Source: Bugula neritina (lineage: Eukaryota; Animalia; Bryozoa). Taken from it: a stretch of 64,000 nucleotides of DNA. This document shows, in pieces, positions 1 to 9,975 of the stretch. A program made the position numbers and the translations under genes. Every line of letters starts with the position of its first letter. The first letter of the stretch is position 1. Where the stretch lies: assembly GCA_964035545.1 (NCBI GenBank), contig OZ037770.1, positions 4,930,662-4,994,661 of the forward strand, in the 5' to 3' direction. Under the pieces are notes generated by a model, which was not told where the DNA came from, did no database searches, and worked only from the letters and a program-made list of their open reading frames with translations.

Positions 1-1130
1 CACATAACTTCCTAGAATATAAAAGTAATTTTAGGAGGTGCAACATAAAATGAGAGGACAACTATTTTTGAATTGAGTTTGTAAGACTAAATTCCTACTT
101 GCTCATTATAGTTGTAATTGTGAAAAGCTGGTGCGAAGTCTACAAGGGGTGGATTGTTTTCAAATCAATGCATTTTAATTTATTATAAACATTTCATCTA
201 AACCAAAAGATTTTAGTATTATCTTTATGATATGTAAGTATATAAACTATGTAGTTAAGAAATTGTACTTTTGAATACATATTGCTGCTAAAAATATGTG
301 TATAGGCATCAACCCCCTTGATATCCACCACTAGTTGTTATTAGTACTTCAAGCTACTAGCAGTCTTTTAACCAATCGAATTGAATTGGTTATCACATGC
401 AGCCAATCGAATCTGTACATATTAGCTCACCAGAGTAGGTGAACATTCGTGATCACTGCCACTCACTGACTCCCGTCGAGCCGTGATAGGACTTAAAATG
501 TCCAGTAGAGGAATAGATATACTGGATGTGAAGCTTGCTATGTTAATTATAATCAGCAAAGTACTGAATCAGATCACATCTCAGATCAAGTCACAGTTCA
601 AGACAATTATGGCAATGCATGACTTTATATAGTGTTTATTGAATTGAAAATACAGTGTAACCAATGAATTGCTCTAACAGCATTTATCACAGTTTCTATA
701 AAAGTTTTTTTTGTAATCATAGTACCAAAAACTCAAGCAACAGATAGTTCAACTGCTTGCTATAAAGTTATTAAATAAAGTTTATTGATTCTATACTTTA
801 TAAAACTTTATAAAACATATTACACCACATTACACCAAGAGGTCTAGTCGATAATTGCAATAATACGCACTTGCTCAAAACTTAACTCATTCCAGAACAT
901 TTTTGAAGTCAAGTTGCATATAGTCAACACTCTAACTAAGTCCACAGGTGAGTTGAATAAAATCAGCTTGAATAAACTCTGAAAATTAGTAAGTCATTTA
1001 GTTGTCGCATGCATAAAGAAGGCAGACAACTTAAAAATAGTTCTTAGGTATTTCATGAACTACACATTGCTACGCTTCGGGCCGTCATATACCAACCCTC
1101 TAATCTACTTGAAAGAGAAAGGAAACTTAC

Positions 1131-2084
1131 TCGTCTATGGCCTCCATTACCATTAGAACAAATGTGCCACAGTTGGCTTTAGCCAGTTTATCAATATTAT
1201 ACCTAACATCGGCTATAGTCACACCCCCAACAAACTGGTCATAGAACAAAGGTTTTACAACGGCATAAGACAGTCTTTTACCCAGAATTCTCTGTGTCCT
1301 TTCAAATATCTGTAACAAAATAATTGCTGCTCAAGACTCTACAATTTTTTTCCAACTGAGACATAATATATGTACAGAACTAACAATATTCTATAACATT
1401 GTTCTACCTTCGTATTATGCCTGTTTAAATTACTGAGTGAAGCACATCACCAATTGATGTGATGGTAAAGGTAACTGATATTATTGACTTCCATAATATT
1501 GCTAAAGAATATTTTATTCACTTTTTTGTTTACTTTGTTTTCTATAAAATTGCATAATAATTGGCGAATTTCCAAGTCTTACTGGTTAAGAGTTGTATGC
1601 TCCTGCCACTTATCACAATATTATATTGAGTTATGAGAAGCACACTGAGACGTAAGTTATAATAAACTGTCATATCACATTGTGCATGAATTTTACAACT
1701 TCACTATAATAAGATAATGATGTGCAATATTATACAAAGTTGTGGTGTTTTGTAATACAATACCCTATATAGTTTACATAATAAGTTTCAAAAGTAACAT
1801 AAAGCGAGACTTAGTATGTAACACATAACCTCTGCTGATCTGCTCACAAACGTCCTGTTGGAACAGACTCTGAAGACTGTGAGAGCTCTCACAATCTCCC
1901 ACAATGACTTCTCTTTGAAAGCTTGCTTGTGATCAGTGAAATCCAAATCTACAACTGGAGATGTCACTGTATCTTCTGCAACTGTTTCTTGGTTGATTAA
2001 AACTGCCTTTTGCTGACGGGGCAAGACAGTTGATAGATATTTCTGCTGCCGCAAAGGTCGGGCAGAGAGCTTGAGAAAAGACAT
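1131..2084 (-). CDS. PRODH: Proline/hydroxyproline dehydrogenase (PRODH/PRODH2 family), first two coding exons (2084-1830, 1309-1131); gene continues leftwards, later exons not resolved
   Basis: Exon 1 has an Arg/Leu-rich mitochondrial-type leader, then DFTDHKQAFKEKSLWEIVRALTVFRVC. Exon 2 reads RILGKRLS...FYDQFVGG...LMVMEA, matching the PRODH N-terminal motifs (AF.SKS..EL.RAL.V..LC; FYG.FVAG). Splice sites: GAG|gttatg, ttacag|ATA, GA|gtaagt. PRODH versus PRODH2 cannot be decided. Confidence 0.8.
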
Positions 2085-2936
2085 TACTGGACAAGTCAAA
2101 GTCTGAGTGCAAATTAAACTTGTTTTACAAAACAATGTTGTGGGAGAATCTAATGTCAGCTGTCAAGTGTGGTTACTGCAGAGTGTGTTGTACTGTGGAC
2201 AGTAAACTTCTAACACTCAGTTTGATTGGCCTAACAGGAATATCTGGTCAGTTACTTGCAACAAACCGGACACTGTGTAACATATTAATATAACACTGAA
2301 GTAAAGATTTACACAATAATCTAATTGTAATATTATTTGCCTACATCAGTCTTGGTATATTTAGCTCCCTTCCAAGGACTGCATTGTGCAAACGATTTTC
2401 TCATTGGTGCATGGGGACTGTGTCTTTAAGGACACAAATCCATTCAAACGGTTCTATCAAATGAAAATGATGCGAAGCTGATTTATGTATCGATGCCCTT
2501 TAACCTTTTGGTGCGAAGCCCTTCAATCAAGTCGGATAAACTCTTTTGTCGCAGAGGCAGAGATCGGTAATCGTACTGGCTCTAGTTACATAGTTACAGG
2601 ATGTAAGCAATAAAATTCTCCAACTACGACTAAAAACTAAAATGTTATTTCACAACCAATTTGAACAAACTATTTCGTGTATTTTAGCTGCCATTATTTT
2701 GAATAATTATTTGTCACTGTGAATCTTCGTAATTTTTCTGTGATTGTAAAGAATTAAACTTCCAATGGCTAAAACAAGCCAACGGCTAGTTTGAAAGTAG
2801 GTTTCATTCTGAAAACTGTTAGTAAGCCTTTATTTTGCACCATGAAAAGTAAGGCATTCATCTGGTAAAACCTCTATAATTTGAAAAAAAAAGTTTAAGG
2901 AAATGAATTTATTTTAGTAAAACCAAGATAGAGTGA

Positions 2937-3146
2937 TGTAATAGTATTATACTTAAAGTTCACTGAAATATCTTTATTTTGAAAGCACAACTAATCACTA
3001 CGAACACATTTCTAAGACAGACAACATATATTATATAAACCACAAAGATGAAGGAATTTAGGACATAAAGGAAAACCACACAACAGCTATAATAATATTT
3101 ACAAAACGGTTACACAACTGCATGATGCAATGTCATGCACATTACA
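2937..3146 (-). repeat. 3' LTR of element A
   Basis: Direct repeat of 6998-7207 with TGTAAT...ATTACA termini. Confidence 0.95.
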
Positions 3147-3205
3147 TTTCCCCCTGATCTTATCAGATCAAACAGATATATAATAAAACAAAAAGAAAAA
3201 AACGT

Positions 3206-6200
3206 TTAGTCATCTACATAAAAGTCTGCTAACCACCTAGGTGGCCGTCTATCTCTTACTGGTCGATCAATCACTTCGTCTACACTTTCACCTTCCTCAA
3301 CATTTTCACCATCCACAACTCTATTTGCATCTGCATCCTCATCAGCATTATCTGACCTCAGGTTAATTTCAATGTCTCCATGTACCTGAGATTGTTGTTT
3401 TGTACTGGATGAAACGTCACCACTTTCCCTGTTCCCTGCATTAGCCAGTCGGACATCACTTATATGTCGTGTCATACCATCTACCATCACCGCAGTGTTT
3501 GACACAACCCTGGTAATCATGCCCTGTGGCCATGCAGTTGTGCATTTAGAATTCACAGGTTTTACATAAACTTTGTCTCCTACATTGTAGGGGTTTTTTG
3601 TAATGTCTGTGGGCTTGCCTATTGTTGATGGTGATACTTTAGGCAGCTTTACATCATAACTGTATAAACTTTGTGAGGGTACTACATTGTTACTATTTGG
3701 GGTGTTGTTGTACCAAAATACCATATTTTCTATTGAAGATCTAGTTCGAGCTGCCATTCTTTTTATAGTCCTGTGATTGCGCTCTATGACACCATTCCCA
3801 GATGCTCTATAAGCACAGCTAAATATGTGCTGTACATCCCATTGCCTAAGTAGCTGTTCCAATCTGTCACTTCTGAAACATGGTCCGTTGTCTGACAGTA
3901 ACTCTGTTGGTGGACCACGTTGCTGAAACACCTTTAGTAGCTGATTTACCACAGAGTCAGCAGTCTCATTCTGCAACTTTATCCACACAGCGAATCTACT
4001 TGGGCCACAGTCGATAATAGTCAAGTATGGTACACGATTATAATGACTCACATCCATTGCCAGCCTATACCAATTCTTATTGACCTCCAGAACTCCTCTT
4101 TCCCACTGCACTGGAGAAGGATCAATACTCCTACACACAGCACATTCCTTGACTACTCTTTCAACTAACTCCTTGTCTATGCCTTCTCCGAATTTACATT
4201 TAGCTAAATAAAATGTTCTTTCAATGCCCAAATGATGCATTCCATGCAGCTTGGCTATTTCATCCTTCAGGTCAGCTACATCAGGAGTTGTCACACCTGC
4301 ACTTGCACAGGTTATTCGCTTACTAAGCCATGCTGAACTCACCCGTGTCAGAGCATCCGCCCAATTCTCAGCTGATTTCACTAAATGTATTTTTAATGAC
4401 AGCTTGTACTCTTCTATCAGTTCTGCTATAACACCTAACCTACGTTTCACAATCATCTCATTCATGCCATTAACTTTTGGTCTGACACTATCATTGATTA
4501 CAGATGTGACCCACCTGAATACTGACATTGAATCGGTTTTCACTACAATGTTGCATAGATTCCATTTTAAAGCCAGATTTAGGCCTTTTACCACAGCTTC
4601 TAACTCTGCTACATTAATGTGGGTGCAATCATCGGGTTTTCTCATCCACGAAGCATCCTCCACTATCTGGCCATCTATTTGCACAGACACCCCTATTGCC
4701 AAACTGCTTGCATCACACCATACAGTGCCTGTATCAGTATTAGCCACATGCCACTTTCCTTTCACAGGATCAGATTTTGCAACTCTATCTAATGTCTCTA
4801 ACAACATTTTTTGGACGTGGTCAGACACAGCACTATCCCACATATCTGATTGCGTTAACCTTTTCATAAAACTGCATGCTACCCTAAGCCACCCTGCTAC
4901 AGGAAAATGTCCAGTCAGTTTACCACACACCGAAAACAGCCCTCGCTTGCTTATGTTGCTATTTGACTCAAGAGATGGGAGCTCACCATCACGCTGCCAG
5001 CTATAACATGACATGCCACCTCTCCACCCCTCTCTAACCCTTAGCCCTAAAACTCTAGCATTACTCAGTTTCTCTGGTTCTTTAGTTACCAAACCAAACT
5101 TCAACAAATGATTTCGAACTACTTCTACCGAAACAACAGTCTCATCAACTATAATGTCATCTATATAACTATCAGTACCTTTGCGTATAGTGTCATCTTG
5201 AGCCAGGACTGTAGATAAAACTTTTGACATGATTTTAGGCGCCACATTTAAACCAAAACCTAACCTAGTCATTACATAGATCTTACCCTCATACCGTACA
5301 GCTTGGAACTTTTGCAAATCACTATCCACATGAAGTTGTAAGTAAGCTTTTCTTAGATCTAGCAAACTGGCATTGTCATCAAGTAACCTCCATTTCCTCA
5401 ATTTATCCTGACAAATGGCAGTGTCACCACTGGGCTTACTGTAGATGTATTTGTTGAGTTCTCTACTATAATCCATAACAGGTCGGACCTGGGTTGGTTT
5501 ATTTGGCTGGGCAGCAGCCATCAATGGTACAATTCCAGTGACTGTACCATGCAATTTATTGTCATACAATTGTAGCCATCCATCATTAATCCATTGCTGA
5601 ATCTGCTCATGGTAACTCTGTTTGAATTTGTCTTTTACAGCATACTGACCACATTGATTCTGTAATATTGGCTCACCATTTTCCCATTTCCACCTCACTG
5701 TCCATTTTTTACCATCAAATTTAGCATTAAAGTCAATGTCACTAACAAAAAGTTCACCTTTACTATCACTAGTTAATGTCTTATCAAATCTATCTACTCC
5801 TACACCTACACTAACAGCACTAACTTTACCTACTTCTGTTGTTGGTTCAACTGCAGGAAACATCACTTGCTTATTCCTAGTAATTGTCACACCACCTAAT
5901 TTGCTAATAGCATCCATTCCCAAAATTAAAGAGCAACCACCTACTAACATTGGAGCTATTAAACATTTTACAGAGAGACGACGATTTCTAACCTGCACTG
6001 CTAATTGAGCTTCACCCCTACATTTAGTTATTTGTCCATTTAGCATTAAAATCCTCCGTTCAGGACCACATGGTGCAACACCTATTTGATTACAAAATCT
6101 TTCTAACACTACTGATTGTTCACAACCACTATCTACTAGTGCTTTTATGCTCACACTGTTTACATTTAAAGTTATTAGTGGTAGCACCGAATCGTAATTT

Positions 6201-6259
6201 AGTTGTTGGGGTGAGCATCCGGTGCTGACACTGCCCCAGCGCCGTTTCCCTGTGGGCAA
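3206..6259 (-). CDS. pol: Pol of element A (protease, RT, RNase H, integrase), expressed by -1 frameshift
   Basis: Motifs ALVDSG (PR), LDLRKAY and YIDD (RT), CDAS..AELEA..TDS (RH), H-H-C-C plus D..D(35)E (IN). It overlaps gag in the -1 frame. Confidence 0.95.
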   Translation of the reverse strand: MPTGKRRWGSVSTGCSPQQLNYDSVLPLITLNVNSVSIKALVDSGCEQSVVLERFCNQIGVAPCGPERRILMLNGQITKCRGEAQLAVQVRNRRLSVKCLIAPMLVGGCSLILGMDAISKLGGVTITRNKQVMFPAVEPTTEVGKVSAVSVGVGVDRFDKTLTSDSKGELFVSDIDFNAKFDGKKWTVRWKWENGEPILQNQCGQYAVKDKFKQSYHEQIQQWINDGWLQLYDNKLHGTVTGIVPLMAAAQPNKPTQVRPVMDYSRELNKYIYSKPSGDTAICQDKLRKWRLLDDNASLLDLRKAYLQLHVDSDLQKFQAVRYEGKIYVMTRLGFGLNVAPKIMSKVLSTVLAQDDTIRKGTDSYIDDIIVDETVVSVEVVRNHLLKFGLVTKEPEKLSNARVLGLRVREGWRGGMSCYSWQRDGELPSLESNSNISKRGLFSVCGKLTGHFPVAGWLRVACSFMKRLTQSDMWDSAVSDHVQKMLLETLDRVAKSDPVKGKWHVANTDTGTVWCDASSLAIGVSVQIDGQIVEDASWMRKPDDCTHINVAELEAVVKGLNLALKWNLCNIVVKTDSMSVFRWVTSVINDSVRPKVNGMNEMIVKRRLGVIAELIEEYKLSLKIHLVKSAENWADALTRVSSAWLSKRITCASAGVTTPDVADLKDEIAKLHGMHHLGIERTFYLAKCKFGEGIDKELVERVVKECAVCRSIDPSPVQWERGVLEVNKNWYRLAMDVSHYNRVPYLTIIDCGPSRFAVWIKLQNETADSVVNQLLKVFQQRGPPTELLSDNGPCFRSDRLEQLLRQWDVQHIFSCAYRASGNGVIERNHRTIKRMAARTRSSIENMVFWYNNTPNSNNVVPSQSLYSYDVKLPKVSPSTIGKPTDITKNPYNVGDKVYVKPVNSKCTTAWPQGMITRVVSNTAVMVDGMTRHISDVRLANAGNRESGDVSSSTKQQSQVHGDIEINLRSDNADEDADANRVVDGENVEEGESVDEVIDRPVRDRRPPRWLADFYVDD

Positions 6260-6966
6260 TTCCTACTAATATGCCCCCAAGCCTGACAATTATAGCACTG
6301 AATGCTCCATCTTCTGTATTGTTGATGATTATTGGCATTCCGATTAGCATTCATGTTCCCATTTTGACTTTTTCCAGTGTTACAGCTCCAAGCTGAATGG
6401 TGTGGTGAAAAACATTTAAAACACTTTCTAGTAACATTCCTACCAGCAGCACAGGGTGTCAAAGTGTCTACAGTTGCTGTTGATAACATTATCCTAGCTC
6501 TACCAACTAACTCTTCTAAGCTCAACTTTTCAACAGCAGCGACAGATTTTATTTGTGTAGCAACATCCACTGGCAAACCAGCAATAAATGCACATTTCAG
6601 TAAAGGCTCAGGAGTTTTCTGACCTATCAGTGTTACTAGCCTTCTCAAGTCAGCTACATAGACATCTACAGCCTCACCTTCTTTTAGACTTCTTGATCTA
6701 AGTTGATCGTAAGCACTGTAACTGCTCTCACAGAATGACGTCATCAGTTCAGCCTTTAACTTCGGAAAGTCTGATTTAACATCCTCTGAAAACTGTTTAT
6801 ACACAGCAAACGCTGGACCTGCCAAGAATAATGGCAGAAACGATGCAAGATCTTCTACTTTCTGTAACTTTGCTACTAGCTCCAGCTTCTCACACCACTC
6901 AGTAAAGTCTCCACTAACCGAACTGTCCTCATAATTTTTCACTAGATCTGACACCCTGACTGCCAT
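6199..6966 (-). CDS. gag: Gag of element A, with two CCHC zinc knuckles
   Basis: 255 aa ORF containing CFKCFSPHHSAWSC and CYNCQAWGHISRNC. Confidence 0.92.
   Translation of the reverse strand: MAVRVSDLVKNYEDSSVSGDFTEWCEKLELVAKLQKVEDLASFLPLFLAGPAFAVYKQFSEDVKSDFPKLKAELMTSFCESSYSAYDQLRSRSLKEGEAVDVYVADLRRLVTLIGQKTPEPLLKCAFIAGLPVDVATQIKSVAAVEKLSLEELVGRARIMLSTATVDTLTPCAAGRNVTRKCFKCFSPHHSAWSCNTGKSQNGNMNANRNANNHQQYRRWSIQCYNCQAWGHISRNCPQGNGAGAVSAPDAHPNN
6205..6250 (-). promoter_or_regulatory. -1 ribosomal frameshift signal of element A
   Basis: Canonical slippery heptamer G GGA AAC (6250-6244) in the gag frame. It is followed by a TGGGG...CCCCA stem enclosing an AGCA-CCGGA-TGCT hairpin. Confidence 0.75.
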
Positions 6967-6985
6967 ATTTCTACCACTGATAAAT

Positions 6986-6997
6986 GCCGAAATAGCT
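6986..6997 (-). promoter_or_regulatory. Non-canonical primer-binding site complementary to nt 1-12 of tRNA-Phe
   Basis: The + strand reads GCCGAAATAGCT directly abutting the 5' LTR. This is the 5' end of metazoan tRNA-Phe(GAA) (GCCGAAATAGCTCAG...). No TGG-type PBS is present. Confidence 0.7.
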
Positions 6998-7207
6998 TGT
7001 AATAGTATTATACTTAAAGTTCACTGAAATATCTTTATTTTGAAAGCACAACTAATCACTACGAACACACTTCTAAGACAGACAACATATATTATATAAA
7101 CCACAAAGATGAAGGAATTTAGGACATAAAGGAAAACCACACAACAGCTATAATAATATTTACAAAACGGTTACACAACTGCATGATGCAATGTCATGCA
7201 CATTACA
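6998..7207 (-). repeat. 5' LTR of element A
   Basis: Direct repeat of 2937-3146. Confidence 0.95.
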
Positions 7208-7844
7208 AGTGAGTGGCGTAAAGTACCATGAAGTAGTAGCACTAACTCGATATTAGCCATATCTGTCGGCAATATGCCGCTGCAGGAGTGCGTGTTTTGC
7301 TAGCTGAATGGTCTCAGAGACAACTTTGCACGAATTGCCTGTAGCACTGTGTTCCTTTTATTCTGTTTAACCTGGGCAGGAATATTTGTGAAAAGGTAGT
7401 TAGTGTGCTGTAAAAGCTTAATATAAATTAACGATAAAATTTTAATGCAGCAACTTGGATATATGACTATGAAGTTCTATTATACACCTAAATATTGACT
7501 GAAGAAATTATTGGCTATAATGAAATTTTTGTGTTTAGTGCTTTTATTAAATATCCAGGTTCAAAATAACCACCTTTGTAATTCATGCTGTTTTTAAAAT
7601 AATTACAACAACATAGCTTTTTTGCATCAGTTTTGGGTTGCTTGTTCTTTATCCTAAATGTTAACTATAATCTATAAAAATCAGTGTCAGCAAAATATGG
7701 TGGTATCATCACTGCGGGCAAGAAGTGCTGCTTCATCAATTTCTGTTTAACTTTGATACTGTATGCTATTATGTGATAAAGTCTCAGAGTTTGACTGTTA
7801 GTGCTGGGTATTACTATCTACTGCCACAACCACTGTTACAGAAC

Positions 7845-8148
7845 TACTACCACTGCTACTACCAATGCTACTACTACTACCATTGCTACTACGACTGCTA
7901 CTACGACTGCTACTACCACTGCTACTACCACTGCTACTACTACTACCATTGCTACTACTACTACCATTGCTACTACGACTGCTACTACCACTGCTACTAC
8001 CACTGCTACTACTACTACTGCTGCTACTATTACCACTGCTACTACTACTGCTACTACTACTACTACTAATAGTACTAGTACTACTGCTGCTGCTTCTACG
8101 ATTACTTTGATTACTGCCACTATGACTACTGCTGCTGCTACTACCACC
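7845..8148. repeat. Degenerate (ACT/CTA)n trinucleotide low-complexity tract
   Basis: Runs of ctactaccactgctactac; gives spurious poly-T/V/L/Y ORFs in all frames. Confidence 0.9.
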
Positions 8149-8219
8149 AGATCAAAATTGTTATTGACACATTGTTCAATACAGGACTACAAAGTGAACT
8201 ACACAAATTTATGAAATAA

Positions 8220-8598
8220 TGTTATAGTTTTCAGATTTAGGGTTGATGTGCCACCAAGAGAGTCTATTTATCACTAGAGAAACTTCACCAGTTATTTCGT
8301 GTAGATATCGTTATATTTAATACAAGAATACATAATAAAAGTCCCATGTACAACAGTAATGATACGCACGTCTATTTAGTTTACAGCACTATCCTCAACT
8401 ATACATTATAAAAAACACGATACATTATTTCAAACCAGTTACACATCTAATCTATTTCACACTCTAGCTTCGACTGAGTTAGCAGCGGGAAACTACAATT
8501 GCTGCTAACTATCAACTACGCTAATTGGCTATCCATTGTTCCGGGTCAATTACGCGACCCTACATGTTGTGCTGCTGGTAGTTCCACGAACCACCACA
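8220..8598 (-). repeat. 3' LTR of element B
   Basis: Direct repeat of 15399-15777, TG...CA termini. Confidence 0.95.
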
Positions 8599-8874
8599 CC
8601 GCCCCCACCAGCAGAAAGCCATCTTTCTGATATATATATAAAAAACATTCAATAGTAATTGCATACATCAGTGGACAAAAATAATACATAATATACAGGA
8701 AGACACAATAATAGACAGAGTCACGGTAACGATCCGTTGCATACAATTGGCCAGCTATAGATAGACGAGGAATACTAGCTAGCTGTGGTAGTAGACAAGG
8801 ATTAACCTGTCTAGCAGTTAAGCATTTACACGAGTTTGGTTCCTCACCAAATGTGGAGTATTCTGGGTAGCATA

Positions 8875-9696
8875 CTAGAGTCCTTGTTGGGCACGCCGGT
8901 GCTTGGCTTGGCATGTACGCAGTTTCCGTTTCATACGGCATACGGATCCCTTGAGCTGGAAGAGTCCTGTTGTAGTGTTAAGTAGGTCTGGTGCCAGCTG
9001 GGTGAACTCTTCTTGTAATCGTAGGAGGCGTTCTTCTACTGTGGCTAGTCGTACCGGGTCGGGGGACGGTGTCCGTCTGCGGCGTAAGGGTGGACTGGGG
9101 GACCTGGTCCGTCTCTTCGCCGGGGTAGGGGAGATCTCTCCTTCTTCTGGATATGTAGTTTCCTCGGGGGTGTATGTAATTTGAGGGCGGTCAGACACCA
9201 ACGGGGATTGTTGGCGGGCGTTGTCTAACACACGTTGGAACCCCGAGGATAGAACGGCTAATAGCATGGCCTTCTTTACCAGAGGTCGTATATATGTGAG
9301 GAACTCCGGGTACAGCTTAGCGTCGACCACATAGTTTTCTCCAGGGAAACAGCCCGCTGCTCTGTGTTTGGTGACGGGGTAGGGATATACATCATTGTAC
9401 CCGCAGGGGCAGAAGGTCAGTAGGAGGTGAGCATTGACGTGTAGTTTAAGGGAGCGGTGAGAGGCGCAATCTTCACCACAGATCTGGCATCTCGTCCGTC
9501 CTCTGGACCCCCAGGCTGTTTCTATTTCTTCTTCGGTTTGTGGAGACACCCACCGCCAACGGCGGCGTAGTGGTTCAGGCCAGTCACCACTAGCCTGGTC
9601 CTCCGGATACGGAGCGGGAAGTGTTCTATCCCGTACCCTGGTTGTAGTGGGTCGAGTGTAATCTGAAAAAGTTTCAGCAGTGTTAGTACAGTACAC
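8875..9696 (-). CDS. ORF3 of element B: zinc-finger, Arg/Ser-Pro-rich, coiled-coil protein (not Env); probably expressed from a spliced mRNA with acceptor at 9662
   Basis: CQICGEDCASHRSLKLHVNAH (C2H2), CPCG..H...C, KRRTRSPSPPLRRRRTPSP and a C-terminal heptad region. It is open in both related elements and has no signal peptide or TM segment. Confidence 0.75.
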   Translation of the reverse strand: MYCTNTAETFSDYTRPTTTRVRDRTLPAPYPEDQASGDWPEPLRRRWRWVSPQTEEEIETAWGSRGRTRCQICGEDCASHRSLKLHVNAHLLLTFCPCGYNDVYPYPVTKHRAAGCFPGENYVVDAKLYPEFLTYIRPLVKKAMLLAVLSSGFQRVLDNARQQSPLVSDRPQITYTPEETTYPEEGEISPTPAKRRTRSPSPPLRRRRTPSPDPVRLATVEERLLRLQEEFTQLAPDLLNTTTGLFQLKGSVCRMKRKLRTCQAKHRRAQQGL

Positions 9697-9975
9697 TGCC
9701 GTGTTGTCAGCTTGAACAGCTTGGCAACTCCTAATTCAGTTACCTCGTAGAGATTAATGATAGTGAATAGTCAGATAGAACCGTATTGCAATGAGATTAT
9801 AAAAATCTCTAAGTCAAACTGAGTTCTTACTACGGTATTCCACTAACCTATCTCCAGCTCGATTGACTCAGTGAGTCAGAGCTGAGCGATGCAATCTAGT
9901 TTCGTATTACGATATAGTTAACTCACCCCACGATCTGTTGTCGTAAGACATACTGAATATGTGAAATGGTTTGAA

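Larger units (their letters stand above)
2937..7207 (-). mobile_element. Full-length compact Ty3/gypsy LTR retrotransposon A (4.27 kb), apparently intact and young
   Basis: 210-bp TG...CA LTRs at 2937-3146 and 6998-7207 (1 mismatch seen). 5-bp TSD AGTGA at 2932-2936 and 7208-7212. PPT AGGGGGAAA abuts the 3' LTR. Domain order gag, PR-RT-RH-IN. Confidence 0.96.

Noticed and set aside
7725-8214. Thr-, Val-, Leu- and Tyr/Cys-rich ORFs
   Set aside because: These are translations of a trinucleotide low-complexity tract that is open in several frames.
8875-9696. ORF3 as an envelope gene
   Set aside because: No signal peptide, fusion peptide or TM anchor; the features are those of a nuclear or nucleic-acid-binding protein.
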